The notes: a model not told the origin generated them from the sequence alone. A stretch of DNA of 64,000 nucleotides from Ignavibacteriota bacterium (GCA_963776275.1 CAVZMI010000028.1:32001-96000), one strand, 5' to 3'; counted from the stretch's first letter, positions 39,409 through 51,201 are shown. Made by a program: numbers and translations.

Positions 39409-40677
39409 TCAGAGTCCCGTCTTTCTTTTTTCTTTCACCATAGTCCAGAAAACTGCGGAAAGTGCCAATGAAACGCCGCTGATAATAAAAATGATATTTT
39501 TATCGACGGCATTTTTTACAATCGTTCCCACCGCTAGACTTACTAGAAGCTGCGGCAGAACTACCGAGAGATTGAAAATTCCCATGAAAAAACCTGTCCG
39601 GCTTTGATCGATCTTCTCTGTCATAATTGCAAACGGCAGACTCACAACAGCGGCCCAGCCGACGCCTGCAACTGCCATGAGCAGATAGAGGATAAGCGGT
39701 GTATTTCCAAAGAAGACGATACCGAAATATCCGAGTGCCATAATTGCAACACACGACATGTGAGTCCTCACGCGGCCAATTTTTTCTACAATCGGTTCAA
39801 GCACAAATGCCGGAAGAATAAATCCAACTGTATTCAGGATAGCAAAGGCGATGGCAATGATCTGTCCTGAGTGCGCATTGATGAGTTCACGATCGACAAT
39901 TCCGTTGAAATATTTTTGCTGGATAAATGCAATGATATACACGAACATGGTCTGAATTCCGATCCATGAAAAACCATGTGCAAAATAGATCCGAAATAAC
40001 TGTCCCCATTCTGTAGCTGTTGCAGTTTTCTGCTGTTCCGTTTCAGTGCTGGCAGCAGCTTTCAGTTCCCTGCTTTCTGTGATGAAGAACATTGGTACGA
40101 ATGAAAACAGGAACACGAGCACAACGCCGAAATAAATTAGTACATAATTACCCAACGTCGCCCCGATGAGGTATGCAAGGACACCGAAAAATCCGGAAAT
40201 GGTTTGCATCCAGGTATACCCTTTCGTACGCGGAATTCCTTCGGGTGTTATATCAGCGATGATCGAACGTGTAGGATTGAAGCTGATATTAATCGCAAGA
40301 TCGAGCGTGAGTGCAACGACGATGGCAACGGCCAGCAGACTGCCGATGCCCAGCTGTGCGGCGATCACATCGATGTTCGGTAACGCCATGAGCATTCCCG
40401 CTGCGAGCACGCCTCCGATCAGTACAAAAGGCCGCCGCCGTCCTCCCCAAAACCATACTTTGTCGCTGATCAGGCCTATGATCACCTGACCAAAAATACC
40501 GGCCAGTGGTTCAGCCGCCCAGACAAATCCGACTTCGTCGATGTGGAGTTGATATTTTGTGGTAAGGAGCCAGCTCAGCGCTGAAATCTGGATGGAAAGC
40601 GCAAAACCCATTGCTGTTGCAGGAAGGCTGAGAATAACGTAGAATGATTTCGTGAGTCGTTCCTGGATGCGATGCAT
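39409..40677 (-). CDS. MFS sugar transporter
   Basis: About 12 TM segments, SDKVWFWGGRRRPF, FMGIFNLSVVLPQ. Confidence 0.88.
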   Translation of the reverse strand: MHRIQERLTKSFYVILSLPATAMGFALSIQISALSWLLTTKYQLHIDEVGFVWAAEPLAGIFGQVIIGLISDKVWFWGGRRRPFVLIGGVLAAGMLMALPNIDVIAAQLGIGSLLAVAIVVALTLDLAINISFNPTRSIIADITPEGIPRTKGYTWMQTISGFFGVLAYLIGATLGNYVLIYFGVVLVFLFSFVPMFFITESRELKAAASTETEQQKTATATEWGQLFRIYFAHGFSWIGIQTMFVYIIAFIQQKYFNGIVDRELINAHSGQIIAIAFAILNTVGFILPAFVLEPIVEKIGRVRTHMSCVAIMALGYFGIVFFGNTPLILYLLMAVAGVGWAAVVSLPFAIMTEKIDQSRTGFFMGIFNLSVVLPQLLVSLAVGTIVKNAVDKNIIFIISGVSLALSAVFWTMVKEKRKTGL

Positions 40678-40701
40678 TTCCTTTTTCCTCTTAGTAAGTT
40701 T

Positions 40702-43029
40702 CTATTTCACACCGAATTTGTCTTTTACGATCTGCCGTTCACCCGGCTGTGCAGATATCATGAGCTGCCGGTTGTTCGCGGGAAACTCCTCGCTCGGCAC
40801 CCAGACCCCTTCAAAACCGCTGTTGGTATACTTGTATTCCACCTTTATTTTTGCGGGAAACTGCAATTCAAGCGACCAGATGCCATCCGATTCTTTCACA
40901 TCTCCGTGAGTCCCGTCGTCATACATCCGTACAAGGTTTGGTGTCCAATTTCCAAGAACGCTTTGATTCCCTACGATATAAATGGCTTTTGAAACTTGAA
41001 TCTTTGTGGCATCGACCTGAAAAAGGACTGTCACCAGGTCTTTTCTGCTCTGGGCCATCGTGCCCTGCGTTTGTCCGGAATCATCCGTTTCATCTTTTAT
41101 AATCGGGGAAAATTCTCTTTCGGGCATGGATGCACCGGCTTCCTGCGCAAAATTATAGACATTTTTCAACAATGTAATGAATGCACGATCAAACGGTTTA
41201 TCACCAGCCGGAGCAGTCTGGTCATCTCCGTACCACCAGAACCAATCCGATCCTTCGGCGGCATACATCGATTCCCAGGCTTTGTAGGCAAACCATGAGC
41301 GCGTATCTTTTTTTGGTTCGACAGCTTTCGGGTCAGGAGCCCGCAGCCCCGACTCTTCAAGGTCATTTCTCACAGTGAGAAGATATTCCCATGCCTGATT
41401 CTCTTCGGCTTCTCCGATCCAGGTATCATAATTTGCATTAATCCATGACCCGGGCCAGAGCCATTGAAGTTTTGGCATCGACTTGACCGCATGTGCAGGG
41501 ATATTTCGTGTGGGATTCCCTTTGATATATTCAGTGACCGTCACGGTTTTCACTTGATCTGTTTCGTATAACCCGCTAAGTTTTTGATACAGTGCATTCA
41601 GAAATTCTTTTCCGTCATTATCATACCGGTATGACTCCCATGCATTTTCCCCGTCCAAAATGACCGTAAGAAGGCGATCGGATTCATTCTCTTTCGGAAC
41701 GTATGTCAATATGCTTTTAATAAAATCGTCAGCCGCATCTTCGCCATGATAGTTCTGATATGTGAATCCTATCTTATCTGAGAGTTCAGTATCCCTGAAT
41801 ACAACGACGATATCTTGATCTTTACCGTTTTTACTATGTAAAGCATATGGATAATATTTCGGCTGATCATTCGGTTTTGAATGTACCAATACCTTCTCAT
41901 CTGTGGCGATCCATCCGATATTGTGTGCCGTAAAGACGGGAAGGATATCATTTGCTACCGATCCTTCAGCCGGCCACATTCCTCCCGGGGGCATTCCAAA
42001 TTTTTTTGTGTAGTAGGCGATGGCTTTTGACACCTGGGCATCAGCATCCTGTGGATAGTGAAATCGTGATGGAGCCGGGTCGTTCGGCTGGCAGACTTTT
42101 TCCAGATCGCTGTCATAGATCAAGGGGAGAATAGGATGGTAAAACGGTGTAGTAATAATTTCTATTTGACCTTTATATGAATCAGTATGATACATCAGTT
42201 TTTTATGGACTGGAATGATTGCTGAAAGTACTTTGTACGTCTCTGCGATAATCCTGTTACAATCATCTTCACCGATTGTCTTCTTCAATCTGTATGTTCC
42301 ATCGCTTTGTTTTTCGATAAGATCCCGTATATCGACGGTCATCCCGTTTGCCAGTGTTACGCGTTGTTCAAAGAAGTCAGGATCGAAATATGCCAAATAA
42401 AACCAGAACTTTATATCACGGCGATCCTGTTGAGATAGACTGCTGGACCCGGAAGCGCGATACTTTTCTTTGAGAGCTTTATATCCCGGGAATCGATTCA
42501 TCATCACGTCACTGATACCAAGCGCATTCCATGGGTTGTTCAATAAGAATGCCAGATCGTCTCCGGTAAATTCTGCCGTGGGTTTCAATGCAAGATCGAT
42601 CCAAGGGTCCGTCTTCCCGGTATAGGTATCCAGAAATTTTTTCGAATTTATGCGGTTCTTTTTAATATTAACGAAAGGCCTGAGCCTTTGTATATAATAG
42701 TCGTTAAGCTGATAAAGGAGCGATGAAGTGAGATTGATCGTACAATGTATTTTCGTGTATTTCTCCAACAGCGCAGCCATATCATAGTAATCTTTGGTTC
42801 CATGCGTCCTCACCCAGGGACCCTGCAGCTGATCTTTTGCCGGATCTAGGTAGAGCGGTTGATGTTGATGCCAGATGATATTTAGATAAAGAGTCTTACC
42901 TGTCTTCGGATATGAATCATTGTACGTGGTTTGAGGTTGTGCAACTAATACAGAAATTGAAAGCATGCTGCATAAGAATACATCGATATACCATTTATAG
43001 ATTGCTCGATTCATTGGATATTTTGTCAC
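40702..43029 (-). CDS. GH57 amylopullulanase-like protein with C-terminal CBM20
   Basis: WHQHQP, HPILPL, WPAEGS, LDGENAWE, AEGSDWFWW; IYIVGNQ..LGNWTP. Confidence 0.92.
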   Translation of the reverse strand: MTKYPMNRAIYKWYIDVFLCSMLSISVLVAQPQTTYNDSYPKTGKTLYLNIIWHQHQPLYLDPAKDQLQGPWVRTHGTKDYYDMAALLEKYTKIHCTINLTSSLLYQLNDYYIQRLRPFVNIKKNRINSKKFLDTYTGKTDPWIDLALKPTAEFTGDDLAFLLNNPWNALGISDVMMNRFPGYKALKEKYRASGSSSLSQQDRRDIKFWFYLAYFDPDFFEQRVTLANGMTVDIRDLIEKQSDGTYRLKKTIGEDDCNRIIAETYKVLSAIIPVHKKLMYHTDSYKGQIEIITTPFYHPILPLIYDSDLEKVCQPNDPAPSRFHYPQDADAQVSKAIAYYTKKFGMPPGGMWPAEGSVANDILPVFTAHNIGWIATDEKVLVHSKPNDQPKYYPYALHSKNGKDQDIVVVFRDTELSDKIGFTYQNYHGEDAADDFIKSILTYVPKENESDRLLTVILDGENAWESYRYDNDGKEFLNALYQKLSGLYETDQVKTVTVTEYIKGNPTRNIPAHAVKSMPKLQWLWPGSWINANYDTWIGEAEENQAWEYLLTVRNDLEESGLRAPDPKAVEPKKDTRSWFAYKAWESMYAAEGSDWFWWYGDDQTAPAGDKPFDRAFITLLKNVYNFAQEAGASMPEREFSPIIKDETDDSGQTQGTMAQSRKDLVTVLFQVDATKIQVSKAIYIVGNQSVLGNWTPNLVRMYDDGTHGDVKESDGIWSLELQFPAKIKVEYKYTNSGFEGVWVPSEEFPANNRQLMISAQPGERQIVKDKFGVK

Positions 43030-43031
43030 CC

Positions 43032-46000
43032 CTATCTGATAAGGATAATTTTTTTAGTTTCCATGAACGTACCGGCTTCGAGGCGCATAAAATAGACGCC
43101 GGAGCTTGCGGGCTTGTTATATCGCGTGCGCCCATCCCATCGCACATGGTGCACACCTGCCTGATAGATGCCATCGGCAATTACGGCGATCTCTTCTCCA
43201 AGTATATCAAAAATCCGCACACTCACACGTTTTGTCGTGGGAACATCGAATAGGATGGTGGTGCCCGGATTAAACGGATTAGGATAATTTTGATATAGTT
43301 TGAATGCAGTCGGATTTTGTCCATCGCGATGTGGTTCAATGCCATTTATCGGTGGAATATTCACCTGTCTGGTACTATCTGCCAGAACAAATATGGCTGT
43401 TCCGTACGGGGGCAGGGTGAGATTCAGGCTTGCATTGTTGTCGGTGATCCGGACTGAATCCGTGCCTCCATTGTAAAGATCGCTCGCAATATAACTCTTT
43501 CCTTCTTCAACCCAGCCGCCTAAATCTAAGACAGAAAATGAAAGGGTGACATTCGTAGAAGATTCACTAAAGTTGACGGCAACAATACCATCTTCTTTCG
43601 CATAAGGACGAGTAAAGGCATAGACAAGCTCGTCGCTCGAATTAATTCGCTGAATTTGCTGCGTTGAAAATGCCTTGAACTGTCCGCGGATCTGCGCCAG
43701 CCGTTGATAATGCGGCATCAGCAGCGTTTTCCCCTGATAATTCCAATCGATAACGCCGCGGCGACGGCTGTCGAAATTGCCGTCTCCATATCCTTTTCCG
43801 ACTTCCTGTCCGTTCCAGATCATCGGTATGCCGGGAATAGTGAAGATGGTGCTTGCCATCGGCATCGTCCGCATAAATGTTGTTGTGGCATCGATGAAGC
43901 CGTTTAATGAATACGTATAAGCGATCCGGTCTTCATCCTGTGATTCCATAAATCGCATATAGAGTGAATTCGGACCGGGGTAATATCCATTGTTCACGAT
44001 ATCGCCGTCCAAATAATTCACCGCTGAAGCATAGAAACCAAATCCTCTGATCTGGTTGAAGAATAATTTAAAATCATACGCAGCATCAACGCCGCCGTTA
44101 ATCCCTCCGCTCGAATAGTCGGCATAGATCGTTTCTGTGTTCTCACCCGTCCCAGCATCCTCAGCGAGCAAGAGGATATCAGGCTTTATATGCTTCAGAG
44201 CATCGCGCACAGGTTTGCCCATATACTGCTCGCCGTAACGACGGTGCGGCCCCCAGTAGACATCGAACCTGTATCCGTCTATACCGAATTCTTTTATCCA
44301 ATACTGATACACATTAATCATCTCGGACTGCATGTCGATATCGGTCCAATTAAAATTTAATAGTTGCTCGCTAAAGCCGCGGTAATAATTGAATCCATCG
44401 GCATCGAGCGAGGAACCGAGACCGTTAGTCTTATCAGAAGGTTGATTGTTATGTTCATACCAGTTCCAATACGGCGATTTCTGCTTGTTGGTATGAGCGT
44501 CTGCCGACCATGGATGGAATCGGCTTGAGTGGTTCGGTGTTACGTCGAGAATCACTTTTAAGCCGAGGGAATGTGCCTGATCCACAAAATTCTTGAAATC
44601 CTGATTTGTCCCATATTCCGGCGCAACGTTATAGAAATCAATGATATTGTAGCCTGGCCCCCCATCGTTATTAATCGGATATGCATTTGTCATCACGGGC
44701 ATCATCCAGATAATATTGAAACCCATGTCTCTGATAATTGTCAGCCGTTCTGCAGCCGCATTGATTGTGCCTGCACTTGATGCTGCTTTCGGGAAAAGAA
44801 AATATATCCGGGCACGTTTGGCCCACTCCGGATTACTCGCAATCGTTGGGTTTGATATCGAATCATTGCTATTGACAATGAAATAGGAACGTGTTGTATC
44901 CGAATTTCCGGAAGAGTCAGTTACGATCAATCCAAAATAATATTCTCCCGGGATCGCCGGTCTCGTGACTGAAACATTTGATCCTGTCCGGCCGTTGAGA
45001 CCGAGGGAGTATAGATCGTCATCCAGCCATTTGAAATTGGTGAGAGTTTGTCCATCCGGGTCGGTACTCGAATCGGCATTCAGTATGACTGAATTCCCGG
45101 AAAGTTGTGCTGTCGCTTTTGCCCAGGGAGTATGGTTCACAATGCGTGTTACCAGCACGCTGTCGCTGCCATTTATAGTGCTGACTACGATCCAGTTATT
45201 TCCATCAACAAGTGCCGTACTATCTAAAAAGATGCCATTGCTCACTGAAATGCTGCGTGCAGAGCCATTGACCGAAATCGTCGCTGATGTGATTGAACTG
45301 TCGATTCCCATACCATCGGGACGGGTAAAAAATCCCGCCGTTACATATACCGGTTTCCGTGTGATGAATGGAGCTGTTTCGATCTGCACGGGGTTTGCGG
45401 CAACAGAAAACGTCGTACTATCCGTGACAGAACCGATAGTCAGCTGCATCTTGTGCGTACCATTTAACAAAACCGAGGGGAGAGTATATGAAAGTTTTCG
45501 GGTATTAAAATCATAGTAACCACCAAGGTTAGAATAGGTTACCGAATCAACGCGCAGTGTCACGTGTGATGTATCGAGGACAGTCTCGACCGCAGGAAAA
45601 AGGTAAGCCGTAATAGTCGGCTGGCTTGTTCGGATGGTGCCGACGAGTTGATTCGGAAGCAGGTGGTATATCGTCGGATCATTTATGTAGATGATCGAAT
45701 TGCTATAAACATCGGTATTGTAATACGGATTAAGCGGATCATTCGGCCAGATCTCTTCACCAGTGTAGAATTTATACATGTAAGCCCCTGCAACTCCTCC
45801 GTCGGTTTCTGGCTCGCCGATCCGCAGCCGGGCTGTTCTTTCAAAGAGTCCGTTTCCCTTTGCGGTCATTGGCCATGCGGAGGTATTCCATCCGTTGAAT
45901 TCTCCCACCAGCGCGACCGATGTGACAGTACCTATTACGGTATAATTGAATGTGACATCGACACTGTCCTGTGAGAATGCGGTGAACGCAAATGTACCAA

Positions 46001-46043
46001 AAACCAAAAGGAGAATAGATATTAATTTCAACATATACCTCAT
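43032..46043 (-). CDS. Secreted multidomain GH13 alpha-amylase with T9SS type A CTD
   Basis: GEFNGW CBM48-like, DVTPNH, GYRFDV, AED, SQD; LYQNYPNPFNP...KKIILIR. Confidence 0.9.
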   Translation of the reverse strand: MRYMLKLISILLLVFGTFAFTAFSQDSVDVTFNYTVIGTVTSVALVGEFNGWNTSAWPMTAKGNGLFERTARLRIGEPETDGGVAGAYMYKFYTGEEIWPNDPLNPYYNTDVYSNSIIYINDPTIYHLLPNQLVGTIRTSQPTITAYLFPAVETVLDTSHVTLRVDSVTYSNLGGYYDFNTRKLSYTLPSVLLNGTHKMQLTIGSVTDSTTFSVAANPVQIETAPFITRKPVYVTAGFFTRPDGMGIDSSITSATISVNGSARSISVSNGIFLDSTALVDGNNWIVVSTINGSDSVLVTRIVNHTPWAKATAQLSGNSVILNADSSTDPDGQTLTNFKWLDDDLYSLGLNGRTGSNVSVTRPAIPGEYYFGLIVTDSSGNSDTTRSYFIVNSNDSISNPTIASNPEWAKRARIYFLFPKAASSAGTINAAAERLTIIRDMGFNIIWMMPVMTNAYPINNDGGPGYNIIDFYNVAPEYGTNQDFKNFVDQAHSLGLKVILDVTPNHSSRFHPWSADAHTNKQKSPYWNWYEHNNQPSDKTNGLGSSLDADGFNYYRGFSEQLLNFNWTDIDMQSEMINVYQYWIKEFGIDGYRFDVYWGPHRRYGEQYMGKPVRDALKHIKPDILLLAEDAGTGENTETIYADYSSGGINGGVDAAYDFKLFFNQIRGFGFYASAVNYLDGDIVNNGYYPGPNSLYMRFMESQDEDRIAYTYSLNGFIDATTTFMRTMPMASTIFTIPGIPMIWNGQEVGKGYGDGNFDSRRRGVIDWNYQGKTLLMPHYQRLAQIRGQFKAFSTQQIQRINSSDELVYAFTRPYAKEDGIVAVNFSESSTNVTLSFSVLDLGGWVEEGKSYIASDLYNGGTDSVRITDNNASLNLTLPPYGTAIFVLADSTRQVNIPPINGIEPHRDGQNPTAFKLYQNYPNPFNPGTTILFDVPTTKRVSVRIFDILGEEIAVIADGIYQAGVHHVRWDGRTRYNKPASSGVYFMRLEAGTFMETKKIILIR

Positions 46044-46079
46044 GAATAAAATTCGCAGTACAATGAATTCATTATACAG

Positions 46080-47901
46080 CTATGGAAGCAGTACCTTTTC
46101 AGGATTTTCAACCCCGATCCAATCTACCTGCGGTGTAACAAAAGGAACGGCAAACATCCTCCCGCCGAATCCAAGTATTCGATAGGTTATCATCGGCACA
46201 CTTGATACTTTGAGCAGCTTCAATCGATCCGTATAAATATCGTACCCTCGCTGCCGGGCGCTTTTCGCGATGGAAGCATCCAGTATTTTTTTCTGCTTGA
46301 TTGGACGCAATGCCGAAGCGGCTTTTTGTATCACGGCATTAAAGGAAGAATCAGTGACGCCGGCCGGTAATTCCTTTTTGACAAGCTCGAAGAAAATATA
46401 GTCATTGTTGATGTGAAGATGGACCATGTCGTTCTCCTACTTGCATTTTCCAGGAAATGAGGCCGAGAGGCATCCGAGCGTTTATAGCGAATTCATCGGA
46501 AAGTCCGTTGTTTTGCACAGTGGATGTATCGATTGAATATTTTCGGACGGCTGCCTCGAACGGAACTCCCGAATATATTTCTCCCAGCGCCTGTTCCATT
46601 GCCGAAAGATTCCTGGTGTGCAGTTCGCGAATTTGGACGTGGGGATATTTTTCATCTGGATATGTTTCCGAAATATATTGGAAAATATCCTGATCGGAGA
46701 GTCGGACGTTCTTTTGAATGTCCATCTCTTCAAATTTGGCAAGTGTTTGTTGACGCCAGATATCCAATTCGTTTTTTGTCGACCATCGTTCATCCAGTTT
46801 TCGTGAGAGCGCTTCTTCTGCCAGCAATTCTTGCTGTACTATAATCAATAGGTGATTATTTAATTGGGCCGCGATCCCCGTCGTTCGGCTTCGATCGATT
46901 GTAAAAATCATCCCGCGCAATTTCAACAGCACATCCTCCACGCTCCAACATGAAGAGCCGACGACGACCATCGAATCCTGAAGTATCGAACGGCAGCGTT
47001 CTTTCATGATTTCCAGAAGCGAGTCCGTTATCATCTGTTCCGTTGCCGCAGGTACATTGTTCCAGATATTATTCAACGTCTGTGCGATGACTTTGAATGG
47101 CCAGGGAAGAGAAAAACCGGTTTTTGTGTGAAGGACGTTCTGAACATACTCATCCAGCCGTGCTTTTTCTTTCCTGAGCCGGAGTTTCGTTTCGATTCGT
47201 TGGTATAGAACATGGGGCTGCATGGATACATAAAACTGATTGGGCGATTCCTTTTCCAAATGAAGAATGTAATATCCTGTTGAAGCCTCAACGACGGGTG
47301 AACACTCTCCTTTCTTCAGACAGAATCCTGCCTGTTCAATAGGAGCTTCAGCCTCACCCCACAGCAATGTAGCCGTATCGTGAACGACCGCCACGGTTGT
47401 ATCGATTTGAAAACGATCGAATTGTTTGCAGTTCTTTAACTGTTTTCTGGTAAATTCCGCATCGGTACTATCTTCGAAATACAGAAACGAGAGAAAGAGT
47501 CTGCGTCGGGCATCTATAGCGGCCTTTTGCACCTCTTTTTTTGTTACCTGGACTTTCCCGCTTATTTCTTCTCGATAGAGCTGATCGCGCGCCAGCATTT
47601 TTTTTATTCCTTCAACGGCATGCTGATACACGCTATCCTGATCAAGATGGTTGTCTTCCGCCTCTTGCGCCAGTAGTTTTTCAGCGATCAATGAGTACAG
47701 AAAGACGAGTTTTGATTCCTCAACGTTCCGGCGGTTTCGATATTGGCCCGGAAGAAGTTCGTATCGTTTTAAAAATTCCTCTTCGGATATATACATATTT
47801 CCTGCGCGGGCGATAAACGACCCTTGATTCTCGGCTGGCTGAGCGTTGCCGGGAGAAATCGATATGAGAAGTAAGAGTATATTCAGCGAATATTTGATCA
47901 T
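46080..47901 (-). CDS. SurA/PpiC-like peptidylprolyl isomerase-type protein, frameshifted at ~46418
   Basis: Signal peptide, IS.EEF..RY, L.KGE.SPVVE...GYYIL, FEAAVRKYSID; the C-terminal part is ORF 46080-46427. Confidence 0.7.
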
Positions 47902-47934
47902 TCGATGTGATGAAGTATAGGAAGGAATAATCAA

Positions 47935-47967
47935 ATAATAAGGCGGGAGAAATTCCCGCCTTATTAT
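47935..47967 (-). terminator. Hairpin after the T9SS cargo gene
   Basis: ataataaggcggga-gaaat-tcccgccttattat. Confidence 0.65.
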
Positions 47968-47985
47968 CAATATATCATTTGAATA

Positions 47986-50073
47986 TTATTTTAACAGTAT
48001 CATCTTCTTTGTTGCGATAAAATTGCCGGCAGTGATTTGATAAAAATACAAACCTGTAGACAACTTAGAGGCATTAAAAATAATGGAATGTTTACCGGCC
48101 TCCTGCTTTGCATCCATCGGCGTGGCAACGACCTGTCCCAGCACGTTGAACACCTTTATCGTAACGATCCCGGCCTGCTTAATCTCGTAATCGATCTTCG
48201 TTGATGGATTGAAGGGATTGGGATAATTCTGTTCAAGCTTATAGACCAATGGAATTCCCGCTGCCCTGTTTATAGCATTTGGTGCAGCCGGAGTATGGTT
48301 GGTATAATCCCACGCATCGAAGAAGACCGGATCGATACTGCCAAACTGCGATGCGATCGTATCTGTCGGGTTTGCATCATTGATGTTCTCGATGTGGTTA
48401 TTCCCGAAGCCGCCCTCGTTATCGCATCCATAGATGCCGAATTTAAACTCCTGTCCGATCGTGTATGCAGTTGTGTAAGCCTTCTGCAGTGTGAAGATCG
48501 AGTCACCAGCTAGGGCATCGCCATGAGTGCCGTCGTCCAACATCTTGCAGGAGTCGAGGGCGCGGCGATCTGCACCCCAGGCACCGCCGATATCCCATCC
48601 GCCGACTGCAGGGCCGTTCATCCAGACTCCGTAGAGTAATACACTGTCCGGATCGGCAATATTATAGGTGGTGATGTTTGTCGCTTTGAGTGTATCTCCT
48701 GCTTTCAACTGGTAGATCGCAGGACGAACATCGCAGGTATATGTCACCAGTACTGGTTGAGACAATTTCTTCATATTTTGGAATCTCGGCATACGATGCT
48801 CATCGGTCGTCGAGTATACCGTATCTTGAATTGTCAGAGTTTTGCTTGACATCGTGAACCGGCGTTTCTCTGCAAATGCACTGGTTCCGGGATTTGCGAA
48901 GTTGTAGTAGATCTCCCGGACTTCCCCGCTCTTGGGAGTTCTATAGTATTGATAATAGAGTGGTGTACCAAGAATTGTCTTAACGGTAACGGTACCCGAG
49001 AATTTTGAGGATGTACCGACCCTCAACAGTCTCTTTTCAAGTATCGATGCAGCACTGTTATTGTATCCGGTACGTACAACGAGTGTATCGTTGTAGACAA
49101 ATCCGTTTTCTGAAATTGCCTGAGCAAGATCTGCGCGGAAAGTTATTGCTACGTTGTCCGTGCCGGAGAATGGTGGTATTGGTGTGTTTTGCCACCATTT
49201 CCAATAGAGGGTTGTATCCGGCATGTCGGGACGGAATTTGAAGAAACGATTCCCGTCTCCTCCTACGTCAGGAGCAGCACCGATATTATTTTCATATGCC
49301 GGGTCTGTAGCCGAATCAGCTGTGGCGGGAAGGATGACAAATTTATAATGAACAGTATCCGCCGCGGCACTTTTCGGGAATTTTACAAATCCCGACCAAA
49401 AGTTTGTTCCGTCATAATTGCTACCATTGCCGTGAACTGCCTCTTTCGTGAGGAAAGTTGTCCTGTCCCATGATAACGGCGCCATACTGCCCCGGACACC
49501 CAACTTCATCGTCGTTTTGCTGAAGCCTTCATTTGACTGCATATTAACCCGGAACATCACAGCGACACTGTCATTCGAAGGGACATACGGTTTCCACCAT
49601 TGAGGTTCCGTAAATCTGCCGTTGACGTACTGAAGAGCAAGCGTCGTATCTTTATTTCCGGTATATGGACCGATGGTAAGCCACCGATTGCCTCCGGCAT
49701 TCGTGAGAGCGCTTTCCCAACTTTGTCCATCAGCAAAAGTGACAGAATCTTTCGAATTTGTCCAAAACTTGTACTCAATCTTCATCGTATCGCCACGATT
49801 GAGTAAAAATGGTACCGTCGCTCTCCAGTAGTCGCCGCCGATATTAACTGCATGAATCTCAGTACTATCATTCCAGTACAACGGTAATTTGTTGCCACGT
49901 ACCTGCACCGTCGAAGTCGATCGAAGTGTATCCGGAACAGTCGCCGTATTGGCATTTAATATGACGGTTACTGTATCTGTAACAACCGCCCTGTTTTTTG
50001 CCGGTTGTGCAGTTGCCGCAAATCCCCACAGGACAATACACATGAGGATAAAAATAGTAATTCTGGTTCTCAT
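47986..50073 (-). CDS. Non-catalytic T9SS type A cargo with repeated CBM20-like domains
   Basis: AAGGAG RBS; repeats of V.F.VNM...VRG..PL.W...YKF; DDGTHGD..AGD motif; LEQNYPNPFNP...KKMILLK. Confidence 0.82.
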   Translation of the reverse strand: MRTRITIFILMCIVLWGFAATAQPAKNRAVVTDTVTVILNANTATVPDTLRSTSTVQVRGNKLPLYWNDSTEIHAVNIGGDYWRATVPFLLNRGDTMKIEYKFWTNSKDSVTFADGQSWESALTNAGGNRWLTIGPYTGNKDTTLALQYVNGRFTEPQWWKPYVPSNDSVAVMFRVNMQSNEGFSKTTMKLGVRGSMAPLSWDRTTFLTKEAVHGNGSNYDGTNFWSGFVKFPKSAAADTVHYKFVILPATADSATDPAYENNIGAAPDVGGDGNRFFKFRPDMPDTTLYWKWWQNTPIPPFSGTDNVAITFRADLAQAISENGFVYNDTLVVRTGYNNSAASILEKRLLRVGTSSKFSGTVTVKTILGTPLYYQYYRTPKSGEVREIYYNFANPGTSAFAEKRRFTMSSKTLTIQDTVYSTTDEHRMPRFQNMKKLSQPVLVTYTCDVRPAIYQLKAGDTLKATNITTYNIADPDSVLLYGVWMNGPAVGGWDIGGAWGADRRALDSCKMLDDGTHGDALAGDSIFTLQKAYTTAYTIGQEFKFGIYGCDNEGGFGNNHIENINDANPTDTIASQFGSIDPVFFDAWDYTNHTPAAPNAINRAAGIPLVYKLEQNYPNPFNPSTKIDYEIKQAGIVTIKVFNVLGQVVATPMDAKQEAGKHSIIFNASKLSTGLYFYQITAGNFIATKKMILLK

Positions 50074-50154
50074 ATTTTTTGCTCCTTTCTTATTGAAAAA
50101 TATGTTATTGGATTTGTTTCGAGCAATTATTTTCATTCAAACCATTGTAGACTT

Positions 50155-51189
50155 TTAAAAGGATACCGATACAGCAAATGTGTTTATATTCCCGAATCGT
50201 CCAAACTGTTGATAGGCATAATTCACTTCCAATCCCATGGAACCCGGCTGGGCATATTTCACACCCACTCCAAGAGTCAATCCTTCTTCCGAATCGGTCT
50301 GGAAAAGAGATTTGTATCCACCTCGCAGAGAAACAATATTCGATATTGTCGCTTCAGCTCCAACATTGACCACTTCCACGTTATCGCTGGGACGAAGTGC
50401 ATCGCATTCAATAGTGAGTCCTACGGATTCATTCTTCAAAATATCCATTGCGAGTCCTACACGGAATAACAATGGAATTGGCCAAGGGTCGGTATTCAAT
50501 TTTGCTACATTGAGTTTGTTGGAACCCGCGTTACTTGGATCGATATCGATAATTTTCTTAAGATCGCGTCCGTCCATCGTCATGTTACCGCCAAAATTTG
50601 ATATGGACATTCCCAGACGCATGTCATAAAATCCTGTGACAAAAAGCAACCCGATATCGAAGGCAAACGAGCTTGCAGACTCGTTCCAGATCGACTGGTT
50701 GATATACTTTGCAGAGCCTCCGATTGAAAAGTGGTCGGTCAGAATACGGGAGTATGAAAGTGCCACGGCGAAATCCTGTGCGGACCATCGTTCCCCCGTT
50801 CCATCAGGATTGTCCGGCGTTGTAACTTCTTCCTCGCCGTAATCAAGTTGTGTTACACTTAAACCGAAGGCGTTCGTTCCATCAATATTCACCATTGCCG
50901 CCAGCCATCGCAACTTGGTCCCGATAAGCCAATCTGTTTGTGAAAAAAGCACTTCCGATTTCCGGGCTTGCGAGAATGCTCCGGGATTAAAGTAGATCGT
51001 GCCCACGTCGGACGATGCTGCGACCGATGTTCCGCCCATACCCAGAGCACGCGCCCCGACCGTAATGCCTAGGAATTGAGCTGCCGTTGTGCCAATTTTA
51101 GCCTGCGCGACAGACTCTGAATGACCTAATAAAAATACACATGCGAATGCCGCCAGAGTTCCGAGTTCTTTGTAGATTCTGTGCATCAT
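50155..51189 (-). CDS. PorV/PorQ family outer-membrane protein
   Basis: AQFLGI.VGARALGMGG, YFNPG, DIGLL, RGGY, terminal F. Confidence 0.85.
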   Translation of the reverse strand: MMHRIYKELGTLAAFACVFLLGHSESVAQAKIGTTAAQFLGITVGARALGMGGTSVAASSDVGTIYFNPGAFSQARKSEVLFSQTDWLIGTKLRWLAAMVNIDGTNAFGLSVTQLDYGEEEVTTPDNPDGTGERWSAQDFAVALSYSRILTDHFSIGGSAKYINQSIWNESASSFAFDIGLLFVTGFYDMRLGMSISNFGGNMTMDGRDLKKIIDIDPSNAGSNKLNVAKLNTDPWPIPLLFRVGLAMDILKNESVGLTIECDALRPSDNVEVVNVGAEATISNIVSLRGGYKSLFQTDSEEGLTLGVGVKYAQPGSMGLEVNYAYQQFGRFGNINTFAVSVSF

Positions 51190-51201
51190 GGCTGACTCCG
51201 A

